From Thermodesulfobacteriota bacterium (GTDB lineage Bacteria > Desulfobacterota > Binatia > Bin18), in the NCBI GenBank assembly GCA_964291405.2, contig OZ219926.1:4288001-4352000 (forward strand): DNA of 64,000 nt. Direction: 5' to 3'. Shown here piece after piece: positions 50,162-59,778 of the stretch; positions within the stretch are counted from its first letter, which is position 1, and every line of letters starts with the position of its first letter. A model generated the notes under the pieces. The model had not been told where the DNA came from. It was given only the letters and a program-made list of their open reading frames with translations, and did no database searches. The translations under genes and the position numbers were made by a program.

Positions 50162-50971
50162 ATGTCAAAGCTGGCAGCAATGACCGTTTGGGCGCAAGAC
50201 CCTTTCAGCTATGACATCATTCCGCCTTCTTTCAGCATTTTTCGGAAGCCGGATTTGAGAAAAGTCAACGCGCGGAATGTTTTCGTTCTCACCTCTGTTG
50301 CCGCCCTGCCGGCGGTCAGCGAGTTTGTCCGGGCTGCAAAGCATCGCAACCATCTCCGCACTCTTTTCGTCCGAGAAGATGACAACGCTCGGTTTTTACC
50401 CCAGATGCTTTGTGAGGCAAAACTCCGAATCAGCCGACATATCCTTGTCCACTCGGGGAAAGAGGTCCCAAAGCGGGTGCTCATGGCCTGGAGTTTGGGC
50501 TGTCCGAGTCAACTCATTGCCACTGCACAGGTCACCCAGGATGACCTCTTCGTCATGGCCTGTGACCATAGCTTGTTCAAGGTTGGCTTCGAAGAAATGC
50601 CGGCACTCAAGGGGATTCAGCCCCAACACCGTTCTTCCTTTACCATATCCAGCGAAGGCAGCTATCTGCACTGGCCCGAGGGCGATGTCCATATCGATCT
50701 CGACGCGATTCGCTGTCTGAAAGACGAGGGCTGGCGGAGGAAAAAGGAGCGGGAAAGACTGCTGTATGATCTGCGATTCGGAGAGGCGGTTGCCGCATTG
50801 CGCAAGCAGCGCGGAATCAAGCAGACCGAGATTCAAGGGCTGTCCGAACGCCAGGTGCGAAGAATCGAAAAGGGGGAACGGACAAAGCTGGCTACGCTGG
50901 CGGTTGTGGCCGGAAGCCACGGCTTGTCTCTTGAAGAGTATCTGGATGAAATTGCTGAAATGCTCTCATAG
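50162..50971 (+). CDS. DUF2442-domain protein with C-terminal XRE HTH
   Basis: FTISSEGSYLHWPEGDVHIDL; LRKQRGIKQ..GLSERQVRRIEKG. Confidence 0.75.
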   Translation: MSKLAAMTVWAQDPFSYDIIPPSFSIFRKPDLRKVNARNVFVLTSVAALPAVSEFVRAAKHRNHLRTLFVREDDNARFLPQMLCEAKLRISRHILVHSGKEVPKRVLMAWSLGCPSQLIATAQVTQDDLFVMACDHSLFKVGFEEMPALKGIQPQHRSSFTISSEGSYLHWPEGDVHIDLDAIRCLKDEGWRRKKERERLLYDLRFGEAVAALRKQRGIKQTEIQGLSERQVRRIEKGERTKLATLAVVAGSHGLSLEEYLDEIAEMLS

Positions 50972-51015
50972 ATTTATGCCTCCTCGAACTGTTAAGTTTC
51001 ACCGCTCAAGCGCCG

Positions 51016-51162
51016 CTAGTGCAGTTTACGATAAGTTGTAGCCACATCGCTTCACCTTCGTCATACCGGACGTGATCCGGCATCCAGAGGGCGGGGGGCG
51101 GGGCTGGATTCCTGCTTTCGCAGGAATGACGGGCGGCTACACAGAATCGTAATTTGCTCTAG
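51016..51162. mobile_element. CTAG-bounded MITE with IS630-like ends and internal palindromes, copy 1
   Basis: Imperfect TIRs CTAGTGCAGTTTACGATAAGTTGTAGCC / GGCTACACAGAATCGTAATTTGCTCTAG; inverted copy at 53863-54012. Confidence 0.75.
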
Positions 51163-51241
51163 GGCTTACAGCCCAGGCAACCTGGGCCTCATAATAATTT
51201 AATAAAATTAAGAGATTAGAGCAGTAGGTCGGATTAGTGGA

Positions 51242-51287
51242 GTGCGCCCTGCGCACCAGGAAGCTGGTGCATGGGATGCACCCTACG
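51242..51287. repeat. Degenerate GTAG-type REP doublet
   Basis: GTGCGCCCTGCGCACC..GGTGCATGGGATGCACCCTAC; same family as 56982-57034. Confidence 0.65.
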
Positions 51288-51306
51288 GAAGGGAACGGGG
51301 GGCTAT

Positions 51307-51541
51307 GATTTATGCCTCCTCGAACAGTACCCGGACGTGCGCCTCGGGCAGGGGCTGGGTCACTTTGGAGAAGATGATGGTAAAGGCCACCGAGGTGAGG
51401 CTGGCGAGGGCCGAGCAGGAGAACGGATTGACGCCCTCGATATAGAGCCAGGAGACGACGGAGTGCAGCAGGCCGGGTGCAAACCAGGCCGGGTCAATCA
51501 GTTGGGCGTGCAGGACCAGAAAGCTGACAAAGCCGCTGACC
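51307..51541 (-). repeat. Orphan ~235-bp copy of the symporter gene 3' end
   Basis: Near-identical to ~52209-52440; ends PEAHVRVLFEEA*; its first 19 bp also occur at 50971-50989. Confidence 0.9.
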
Positions 51542-51546
51542 GCCTC

Positions 51547-51837
51547 TCAGTCTACAGGTTCATCTGGCAACTGAGCACCATGCCATACGCCCACTATCCA
51601 GACTGTGTTCTGTTCTGGACGGTAGAAAAAACGATACGGAGTAATAAGGACTTCTCGGTAGGGTAGCTCTGGAAACTCGGGAATGACTCTACCCGAGCCT
51701 GAAAATCGTCCGAGCCGACGGAGAATCTGCTCGGCGCGTTGGCGAAACTGTCTCGCCGCTTCTGGGTTGTCGCAACGGATGTACGTAATGGCAGCCAGGA
51801 ATTGCGCCCGAGCCGCTGGGGTGAATTGGACGGTCAC
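51547..51837 (-). CDS. RelE/ParE-family toxin
   Basis: VQFTPAA..YI..DNPEAA, SGRVIPE, PYRFFY, VWHGAQ. Confidence 0.88.
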   Translation of the reverse strand: MTVQFTPAARAQFLAAITYIRCDNPEAARQFRQRAEQILRRLGRFSGSGRVIPEFPELPYREVLITPYRFFYRPEQNTVWIVGVWHGAQLPDEPVD

Positions 51838-52115
51838 TGCTCGTCAGCCTCAAGCAGTGCATCAGCCTCAGCGAGCACCGTACCCAAGTCGATACCACGC
51901 CCTTCAGCAATTTCTTTTTCCCCCCGAGCCAGGAGTCTGAGTATCTGCCGCTCAGACTCTGCTCGCCGGTAGGCTTCTGCGCTCAATAACACTGCCGCGG
52001 CCCGTCCTCGTTGGGTGATGACAAACGGGTCGTCCGACTTGCTAACTTGCTTTAATACGGTCGCAGCGTCCTGGCGCAGTGCGGTGATAGGGATAATGTG
52101 CGGCAAACTCGACAT
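51834..52115 (-). CDS. Phd/YefM-family antitoxin
   Basis: IIPITALRQDAATVL..PFVITQRGRAAAVLL. Confidence 0.88.
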   Translation of the reverse strand: MSSLPHIIPITALRQDAATVLKQVSKSDDPFVITQRGRAAAVLLSAEAYRRAESERQILRLLARGEKEIAEGRGIDLGTVLAEADALLEADEQ

Positions 52116-52208
52116 AAACAATCCTTTTCGGAACGTTTGGATGTACAGCCAAACGTATCATAGAACGTATGACTGAGCAATGTATCATCGTCCAAGCCGT
52201 ACCATATT

Positions 52209-53786
52209 TCAAACGTCCTCGAACAGCACCTGGACGTGCGCCTCGGGCAGGGGCTGGGTCACTTTGGAGAAGATGATGGTAAAGGCCACCGAGGTGAGGC
52301 TGGCAAGGGCCGAGCAGGAGAACGGATTGACGCCCTCGATATACAGCCAGGAGACGACAGAGTGCAGCAGGCCGGGCGCAAACCAGGCCGGGTCGATCAG
52401 TTGGGCGTGCAGAACCAGAAAGCTGACAAAGCCGCTGACCAGACCGGCGTAGGCCCCGGCCCGCGTGACTCCGCGCCACAGCGCCCCGAATACCAGGGAA
52501 CCGGCCAGGGCCGACATGACACAGCCGGTACCAATCCAGACAATCAGCATGACGTTGGTTTCAACCCACGACCAGGCTATTGCCGCGCAGACGACCAGCA
52601 CGGCAACGGTCGCTACCCGGCTGATGTATAAAACCTGGCGGTCGAGTCGTTCCCCGGTTGGCGGATGCTTCAATCGCGGGACTATACTCCGACGGTAGAG
52701 GTCGTTGGCGATAATCTGGGAAGATGACACGACGAGTCCGTCCGCGGTGGACATAATGGCGGCCAGGATGCCGACGCCGACCAAGGCCGCCAACCAGGTC
52801 GGGAACAGCTCGATGAAGAGTGTGGGCAGGGCGTGATTCGAGGTTGCGCCCTCGGCGAACAGGGCGTCACCCATCAGCGCCCGGGCCAACAGGCCGCCCA
52901 AGGTCAGCATGGCCAGGGTGATGATGAATATGATCGTGAGGGTAAGAAAGCGGTTCTGGTGCATGCTGTGTTTCAAGGCCCAGAGCTTATTGCCCAGGTG
53001 CGGCAGCACGCCCAGCGGAATGAACGAAATCACCAGCGCGGCAATGGACCACCAGGAGTGATAGAGCGGGGTTTTCGTGTTGAGCGGGCTCACCAGGTGT
53101 TCGTCCTGAGTGGCCAGATTATCGATCAGTCCCAGGAATCCGCTTCTGCCCGATTCGCCCACCTCCAGCCCAAAGCCGATGAGGAAGAGCACGACGACCA
53201 CCACGGCGACCAGCAGCATCAGACAGGCCTGGACCCCGTCGGCGATAATGTCGGCATGCGCCCCGCCCAGGACAACGTAAATCAGCAACACGGTGGTGGT
53301 GATGATCAGGGCCCAGAGCGGTGGTAAACCCAGCAGAATCTCGAACATGACCAGGCCCGACACGAGCTGGCCGGCCAGATAGAAACACAACAACAGGGAA
53401 AACACTGACACCAGCACCCGAATGCCTTCGGACTGGTAGCGGTCACCGAGGTACTCGGGGATGGAGCGGTTGCCGAACTTATGGCCGGAGCTTGTAATCA
53501 GGCGCATGGTGAGCAACATGCCCAGACACAGACCGGCGGGACCCAGAAAGACGCCCCACATGGTGGTCAGCCCCCAGGTGTAGCTCAGCCCCGGCATGCC
53601 CAGGAAGGTTGCCCCGCTCACGGTGGTCGCCGAAAACGCCAGGGCCAGAAACAGGGGGCCGTACGCGCCACGCGCCGTGGCAAAGTCGTCGGCATGTTTG
53701 ACCCGCCGCTGGGCCAAAACCCCGATGCCTATCATGCCGCCGATATAGATGACGAGGAAGAACCACGACCAGCTAATGAGTGTCAT
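52209..53786 (-). CDS. Sodium:solute symporter family protein
   Basis: Multiple TM helices; SGATFLG, SIPEYLGDRY, AAIMSTADGL. Confidence 0.93.
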   Translation of the reverse strand: MTLISWSWFFLVIYIGGMIGIGVLAQRRVKHADDFATARGAYGPLFLALAFSATTVSGATFLGMPGLSYTWGLTTMWGVFLGPAGLCLGMLLTMRLITSSGHKFGNRSIPEYLGDRYQSEGIRVLVSVFSLLLCFYLAGQLVSGLVMFEILLGLPPLWALIITTTVLLIYVVLGGAHADIIADGVQACLMLLVAVVVVVLFLIGFGLEVGESGRSGFLGLIDNLATQDEHLVSPLNTKTPLYHSWWSIAALVISFIPLGVLPHLGNKLWALKHSMHQNRFLTLTIIFIITLAMLTLGGLLARALMGDALFAEGATSNHALPTLFIELFPTWLAALVGVGILAAIMSTADGLVVSSSQIIANDLYRRSIVPRLKHPPTGERLDRQVLYISRVATVAVLVVCAAIAWSWVETNVMLIVWIGTGCVMSALAGSLVFGALWRGVTRAGAYAGLVSGFVSFLVLHAQLIDPAWFAPGLLHSVVSWLYIEGVNPFSCSALASLTSVAFTIIFSKVTQPLPEAHVQVLFEDV

Positions 53787-53862
53787 GGGCAGGTTTCCTT
53801 ACATGTCCAAAAGGGAATCCGGGGGCCGCAGCCGCCGTTGCCGCTTGCCCGCTCTTGATGGT

Positions 53863-54012
53863 CTAGGGCAAATCACGATGCTATGTAGCCGCCCGTCATT
53901 CCTGCGAAAGCAGGAATCCAGGTCTCCAGCCCCCCGGCCTCTGGATGCCGGATCAAGTCCGGCATGACGAGCGTGTACTGGCATGGCTACAACTTATCGT
54001 GAAATGGTCTAG
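53863..54012. mobile_element. CTAG-bounded MITE, copy 2 (inverted relative to copy 1)
   Basis: CTAGGGCAAATCACGATGCTATGTAGCC..GTCATTCCTGCGAAAGCAGGAATCC..GGCTACAACTTATCGTGAAATGGTCTAG. Confidence 0.75.
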
Positions 54013-54449
54013 CCTTGGCGGTCGGCCGTCATCCGCAGGACGACCCGTAGGTGTTGGTACTTCCACTCCCCGTTGACCTTCACGTAGTCGTCGTCATAGC
54101 GCAGGGCCAGCCATTTCTCATCGTCGTTTTCGGCATACGTCCACGGACCCATGATATACCAGACGCCGGTGGCGCGGTCTCCGTTGACCTCGATGATGGG
54201 GTTCATGATGTTGTGCTGAGAAAAGCTGAACATGTTTTGGAATTTCTGAAATAAATCGCGAATAGCCGCATGACCCTCAGCCTTGCCGAAATCCGGACTC
54301 TCCCAGATGGCATCTTCGACAAAGACTGAGGTGACCCTGTCGGGGTTGTGCATATCGTCGCAGATTTCGCAGTAGCGGGCCTTGAGCTGTTTTATCGCCT
54401 CGATGTCTTCGAGCCGGGTGATGCGCGCTTCCAGTTCCGACATGGCCAT
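54009..54449 (-). CDS. SnoaL/NTF2-like protein
   Basis: LEDIEAIKQLKARYC..D, HNIMNPIIEVNGDRATG.WY, YDDDYVK. Confidence 0.85.
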   Translation of the reverse strand: MAMSELEARITRLEDIEAIKQLKARYCEICDDMHNPDRVTSVFVEDAIWESPDFGKAEGHAAIRDLFQKFQNMFSFSQHNIMNPIIEVNGDRATGVWYIMGPWTYAENDDEKWLALRYDDDYVKVNGEWKYQHLRVVLRMTADRQG

Positions 54450-54588
54450 ACTGAACCCTCCCTTTGATCGGACTTGTGATTGCATTCTTACTACACGGTT
54501 CGCTGACGGTATGGCAATTCCCGTGCAGGATTGGTTTCGACCCATGCAGGTTATGCCGCATAGCGGAAGAATGATGCCTATTGTATCC

Positions 54589-55521
54589 CTAGCGGATCGC
54601 GACAGGATGGACGGGGCTCTGCACCGCCCCAACCAGGCGTGGTGCAGCGAGCATGAAGAAAAACTCGTAGGCTTGATCCGCAGCCAACTCGGCGGTCTTG
54701 ATATTTTCCAGAATATACACGCCCCGTTTCGTCAAGAGCAAATCGTGAACGGGCAGGAAGTGGTCCGGTAGCGTGTCGTTGGTGGGCCAGCCTTCGATGG
54801 TCCAGGTATCCGCACCAACGGCCACAACGTCCTGGTCGGCCAGCCAAGTTGCGCCGTCTAGGCCAATCCCGGGTGGCTTGGCCAGAAAGCGCTCCCCGTC
54901 CTCGGCGGCAACGCTGAGCCAGCCGGTGTGCAGCAGGACAACATCACCCGTGCGGATTTCCATGCCCTGACGCTGGGCCGCCGTCCGCAACTCGGCGCTC
55001 TCGAAGACGGTCCGCTCGGGCAGTTGAGCGACGCCCGCGGCGGCTGCCATGTCGAGCAGAACACCCCGCCCAACGATGGGCGGCAGGGTATGGATACCGT
55101 ATTGGATTGCACCATCCGGGCGGATGACTTCCTCGGTCGGGACGCCGTTGTAATGCCGACCGTCAGACCCGACGTGGGCAAAGCCGTCGATCTGAGTGCC
55201 AACGCCCAGCCAGGAGATGACCAGATCGTCAAAGCCCTGGAGCTTATTGGCCCCGACGGTTGGACTGTCTCCGACAAAAATCCTATCGGTGCGGATTTGG
55301 TAATTGCGGGGGCCAAAGGCTGGGGTTTTCGGGCCGGTCGGCATGGCAAGCGAATAGACCTTGCCCGTTGTGATCAGACCGGCCGCTTCAACCACGGCCT
55401 GCGCCGACAGATTGTTTATCGCTCCCAGCCGGTCCTTCGCACCATACTTCGACGGAAACCAATCCGCCGCATAGGCCGGGCTCAGCCACAGCACAACCAC
55501 TACGAATGCCAGGATGCTCAT
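54589..55521 (-). CDS. Cyclase family protein with signal peptide
   Basis: GTQIDGFAH, GRGVLLD, GDVVLLHTGW, GVYILEN. Confidence 0.88.
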   Translation of the reverse strand: MSILAFVVVVLWLSPAYAADWFPSKYGAKDRLGAINNLSAQAVVEAAGLITTGKVYSLAMPTGPKTPAFGPRNYQIRTDRIFVGDSPTVGANKLQGFDDLVISWLGVGTQIDGFAHVGSDGRHYNGVPTEEVIRPDGAIQYGIHTLPPIVGRGVLLDMAAAAGVAQLPERTVFESAELRTAAQRQGMEIRTGDVVLLHTGWLSVAAEDGERFLAKPPGIGLDGATWLADQDVVAVGADTWTIEGWPTNDTLPDHFLPVHDLLLTKRGVYILENIKTAELAADQAYEFFFMLAAPRLVGAVQSPVHPVAIR

Positions 55522-55701
55522 ACCAGTTCCTTCGCTCCCGAGCAGCGCCGCTCAGTCGTCTCACCAATGAACTACTCCACTCAACCTCGTCCCCTCTATC
55601 GCCGGTCTTGAGATCAAAATGCTTACCGCGCCCTCGCGCACCAAGCGATGATTACGAAAGGAACGGGATTCTCGGCAGGCGTCTGTTCTCAGTTGACGCC
55701 C

Positions 55702-56544
55702 TTAAAAGCTCGGCCTGGTCGAAAATGGAGTCAATTGGAGTTCATGCGTCCAACAGGATTTGTCTTGGGTGTGTAGATAATAGTACGCCTCAGCGATCTG
55801 AACGGGATCCATCACCACTTCAGGCCGCTTCTGGGCCAGCGGCAGGGCGCGGGTGCCTGGAGAGTCGATGAGGCCGTCTATCACGATGTTGGCTACGTGT
55901 ATGCCATGCTCGGAATATTCCTCCGTCAGCACCTGCGCCAGCGTGCGCATCATCACTCTCGGATAGTACAACGACTGTCCTGTCAGTCGCTTTCGTCCGC
56001 GCAAGGACGCCGCGTTATTGGAAATGAAGAAAGACCCTGAGCCGCGTTCTCGCATGGTGGGCAACACCTCCTTGGCAACCAGGAACGGGCCTCGGCTGGA
56101 GATGTGCTGCGCGGTGTCAAAGAGTTCGACCGGGATGTATTCAAGCAATTCTTTCTCCGGCGGCAGGTCACGCCCCTCCAGGTAGCCCGCGTTGAAGATC
56201 AAGACATTCGGGTCACCGGCTTGCTCTCGAATCCGGGCAAACGCCTGCGATATGGAGTCGTGCGACACGAGGTCCAACTCGACAATCATGCCTTCGCCAC
56301 CTTGCTCTTGGATTGCCTGCTCCAACCCGGAGGCATTGGCGGCCTTCCGGGTGGTCAACACGACGAAGAAGCCCTCTTTGGCAAACTTCTGCGCGACGGC
56401 ACCGCCGATACCCCAGCGCGCACCGACGGGTATATCGCTGTCGTCGATCTCCTGACCGTGCGCGAGTTTGGTATTACGGCCATCTGACTGCCACTTGGAC
56501 GTTGCTCCCACCACGACGGCAACCGGTTTACGGGTCGCGTTCAT
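55702..56544 (-). CDS. SDR family oxidoreductase
   Basis: GIGGAVAQKFAKEG, FNAG, HGIHVANIVIDG, WTHELQLTP. Confidence 0.88.
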   Translation of the reverse strand: MNATRKPVAVVVGATSKWQSDGRNTKLAHGQEIDDSDIPVGARWGIGGAVAQKFAKEGFFVVLTTRKAANASGLEQAIQEQGGEGMIVELDLVSHDSISQAFARIREQAGDPNVLIFNAGYLEGRDLPPEKELLEYIPVELFDTAQHISSRGPFLVAKEVLPTMRERGSGSFFISNNAASLRGRKRLTGQSLYYPRVMMRTLAQVLTEEYSEHGIHVANIVIDGLIDSPGTRALPLAQKRPEVVMDPVQIAEAYYYLHTQDKSCWTHELQLTPFSTRPSF

Positions 56545-56647
56545 ATCGGATTCCTTTTCCCTTGTTGCGAGTCACCCAAGCGTAAGGAAAAATAGCCACA
56601 TTCACAACGACAAACAGAATTATCTTAGTTACGGTCCAGGAGATTGC

Positions 56648-56716
56648 CTTTGAAGCCGAAAGGTCAGAAAACGGAAATCTGACGGTGACTACTGAGCCGG
56701 GTCTAAGTGAGTCCAC
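56648..56716 (-). pseudogene. PemK/MazF toxin N-terminal remnant
   Basis: GSVVTVRFPFSDLSASK, then similarity lost (expected KxRP missing). Confidence 0.65.
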
Positions 56717-56904
56717 GCTTCATCTTCTTCTAGACGGTTCCAGTCTTTCGCAAGTGCTTCTTCGCTGAGTTGTGCAGTTGAGGGGATGCGCGGAGTTTCT
56801 TCAAGGATGGTGACGATCGCGCGCCGCGCTTGAGGAAGCTGTACTGGTTCCGACAGGTGGACACGCCCGTCTTTGTCTATGGTCGCTTCGAGGGTACGAA
56901 TCAT
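56689..56904 (-). CDS. Putative antitoxin partner of the MazF remnant
   Basis: MIRTLEATID.DG.V.L.EPV..LSEEALAKDWNR.EEDEAW.HL. Confidence 0.7.
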   Translation of the reverse strand: MIRTLEATIDKDGRVHLSEPVQLPQARRAIVTILEETPRIPSTAQLSEEALAKDWNRLEEDEAWTHLDPAQ

Positions 56905-56981
56905 TGAAAACCTCTTTCCCATATTCTAGCGCAAAATTCACATGAGTGTCGCGTCCAACGGCCTCCGCGTGTTTCCCGATA

Positions 56982-57034
56982 CGTAGGGTGCGCCCTGCGC
57001 ACCAGTAAAGTTGGTGCGCAGGGCGCACCCTACG
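56982..57034. repeat. GTAG-type REP doublet (REPIN-like)
   Basis: Perfect 23-bp inverted repeat CGTAGGGTGCGCCCTGCGCACCA-N7-TGGTGCGCAGGGCGCACCCTACG. Confidence 0.85.
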
Positions 57035-57077
57035 GAACTATGGAGAGCACCTCGCTACACCACGGAGAAAACTGCTC

Positions 57078-58098
57078 TAGAGCGTGTTACACTGTCGTGT
57101 AGCGTCTAGAGGAAGGCGTGGTACGTGGTGAGAGGCAAGGGGGACGTATGCAAGCATATTCGCTAGATCTCCGGGAGCGCGTCGTAGCCGACCGGGTGGC
57201 GGGACTGCGCACGGCCGAGGTGGCCCGCAAGTATCGCGTGAGTCCGGCGTGGGTACGCCGGCTCCTGCAGCGCTACCGGGCGACGGGGAAGGTGGCCCCC
57301 AAGCGACGGACGCAGTATCGCCTGCCCCTCCTCCAGCCGTATCTCCCGCAACTTGCCGCGTTGATTCAGGCGCAGCCCGACGCGACCCTCGCCGAGTTAC
57401 GCGCGGCCTTGGGCGTCTCGGTCAGTCTGCCCACGGTATGGCGAGCCATACGCCACTTAGGCCTGACGGTAAAAAAAAGTCCTACACGCGGCAGAACAAG
57501 ATCGGCCTGATGTCGTGGTGGCACGCCAGCGCTGGCGCGCCCAAGCGGCCTCCCTCGATGGGCACGGCCTCGTCTTCCTGGATGAGACGGCCGTGCGGAC
57601 GAATCTGACCCGGCGGTACGGTCGGAGTCGGCGCGGGACACGCCTCGTCGCCAAAGTCCCTCATGGACACTGGCAAACGACCACCCTCATTGCCGCCCTG
57701 CGCGCGCAGCACCTCACCGCCCCGGCGGTCTTGGATGGGCCGGTTGATGGCCCCTGCTTTGTCGCTTATGTCGAACAGGTCCTCGCGCCCACCTTGCACC
57801 CCGGCGACTGCGTCGTCATGGACAATCTCGCCTGTCATAAAGTCACAGGCGTGCGCCAAGCGATTGAGGCTGTCGGGGCGCGCTTGCTCTATCTGCCCCC
57901 CTACAGCCCCGACTTCAATCCCATTGAGCAAGTCTTTGCCAAACTCAAAGCCCGCCTGCGGGCCGCTCCGCCCCGCACGGTTGCCCGCTTGTGGGCCGCT
58001 ATTGGCCACACCCTCCAGACCTTCTCTCCCGCGGAATGTGCCAACTATATCCGCCACGCTGGCTATCGCCTCGCTACACCACCATGAAAACTGCTCTA
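57078..58098 (+). mobile_element. IS630-family insertion sequence
   Basis: Ends TAGAGCGTGTTACACTGTCGTGTAGCG / CGCTACACCACCATGAAAACTGCTCTA, both in CTAG context. Confidence 0.92.
57148..58087 (+). CDS. IS630 transposase (two ORFs joined by probable -1 frameshift at A8 run 57471-57478)
   Basis: [13 protein letters not shown]; [25 protein letters not shown]. Confidence 0.92.
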
Positions 58099-58185
58099 GT
58101 CTTTGGCTTATAGCCCGTCCGTGCCCCTTTGAAAGCCGTGTGCTCAAGAGGACGACCGGTCGAATCCAGAGCGAATTTTGGACGT

Positions 58186-59754
58186 CTACGTCCCCTCAAA
58201 CAACGCCTTCACATGCGACTCGGGCAACGGTTGCGTTGCTTTGGACACGATATAGGTGCAGGCAACCGACATGAGTTCCCCTATCGTTGCGCAGGAGAAC
58301 GGGCTGGGGCCTTCGGCGTAAAGCCAGGCGGCGGCGGTGTGCAGCATGCCGGGTGCGAACCAGGCGGGGTCTATCATTTGGGTGTGCAGCACGAGGAAGG
58401 TGACGAAGCCGCTGACTAAGCCGGCATAGGCGCCTTTGCGGGTGACGCCGCGCCAGAGCGCGCCGACCACGAGGGGTCCGGCAAAGGCCGCCATCATGCC
58501 GCCGTTCCCGATCCAGACAATGAGCGCGATATTGGTCTCGACCAAAGCCCAGGCCAGGGCGGTACACAGCACCAGCACCACAACGGTCGCCACCCGACTG
58601 ATGGATAAAACCCGCTGGTCAAGTTGCTCGGCACTCGGGGGATTCTTGAGCCGAGGCACGATGGACCGACGGTAGAGATCGTTGGCAATCACTTGGGATG
58701 AAGATATGACCAGCCCGTCGGCGGTAGACATGATGGCGGCCAGCACGCCCACCCCAATGAGCGCGGCGAACCAAGTCGGGAACAACTCGATGAAGAGGAG
58801 GGGCAGGGCCTGATTCGGGTTCGCTCCCTCGGCATACAGCGCATCGCCCAATATCGCGCGGGCGAGGAGACCGCCCAGCCCGAGCATGCCCAGCGTCAGC
58901 CCAAACGCGAAGGCCAGCTTGATAAACGATTTCTGTTGGCTCACGCTCTTTAATGCCCAGAGTTTGTTCCCGAGATGGGGGAGCAGGCCGAGCGGGATGT
59001 GCGCAATAAAAATGGCAACAACGGACCACCAGGAATGGTAGAGCGGAGTCTCGGCGTTGAGCACACCGACCAAGTGTGCATCCTGCTCGGTGAGGCGGTC
59101 GATGATACTCAGCATGCCCGCTCTTTCGCCGTCTACCCCAAATCCGGTCAGAAACAGGACAATCACCATCGCCGCGACCAGCAGCATCATGAAGCCCTGC
59201 ACCCCATCCGTCAGGATGTCGGCATGCGCGCCGCCGAGCACAACGTAAATCAACAATACGGTTGTGGTGATGAGCAGCGCCCACAGGGGGGACATGCCCA
59301 GCATAATCTCGAACATCACCAGCCCGGACACCAACTGCCCGGCCAGATAGAAAAACAACACTAAGGAAAAGACCGAGATGAGTATCCGAATGCCGTCGGA
59401 TTGGAAGCGGTCGCCGAGGTATTCCGGTATGGAGCGGTTCCCGAACCGGTGGCCCGAAGCGGTAACCAGGCGCATGGCAACCAACACGCCGACATACATC
59501 CCAGCCGGGTACAGGAAGCAACCCCAAATCGTTGGGAGCCCCCACTCGTAGCCAAAGCCCGAGCTGCCGAGAAAGGTGGCGCCACTGGCCGTGGTCGCGG
59601 CAAAGGCAAACGCGAGAAATAACGGTCCGTATGCACCCCGCGCCGTGGCAAAGTCGTCAGCGTGTTTGACCCGTCGTTGGGCGAGCACGCCGATAGCCAG
59701 CATGCCGCCGATATAGACGATGAGAAATATCCACGACCAGGTAATGAGTGACAT
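58186..59754 (-). CDS. Sodium:solute symporter family protein (paralog of 52209-53786)
   Basis: ASGATFLG, SIPEYLGDRF, AAIMSTADGL; colinear with the paralog. Confidence 0.93.
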   Translation of the reverse strand: MSLITWSWIFLIVYIGGMLAIGVLAQRRVKHADDFATARGAYGPLFLAFAFAATTASGATFLGSSGFGYEWGLPTIWGCFLYPAGMYVGVLVAMRLVTASGHRFGNRSIPEYLGDRFQSDGIRILISVFSLVLFFYLAGQLVSGLVMFEIMLGMSPLWALLITTTVLLIYVVLGGAHADILTDGVQGFMMLLVAAMVIVLFLTGFGVDGERAGMLSIIDRLTEQDAHLVGVLNAETPLYHSWWSVVAIFIAHIPLGLLPHLGNKLWALKSVSQQKSFIKLAFAFGLTLGMLGLGGLLARAILGDALYAEGANPNQALPLLFIELFPTWFAALIGVGVLAAIMSTADGLVISSSQVIANDLYRRSIVPRLKNPPSAEQLDQRVLSISRVATVVVLVLCTALAWALVETNIALIVWIGNGGMMAAFAGPLVVGALWRGVTRKGAYAGLVSGFVTFLVLHTQMIDPAWFAPGMLHTAAAWLYAEGPSPFSCATIGELMSVACTYIVSKATQPLPESHVKALFEGT

Positions 59755-59778
59755 GCGGGGATTAGGTGCTGAGTGGCG

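Noticed and set aside
51307-52440. DGR template/variable repeat pair
   Set aside because: No reverse transcriptase in the window, and the differences are not adenine-specific
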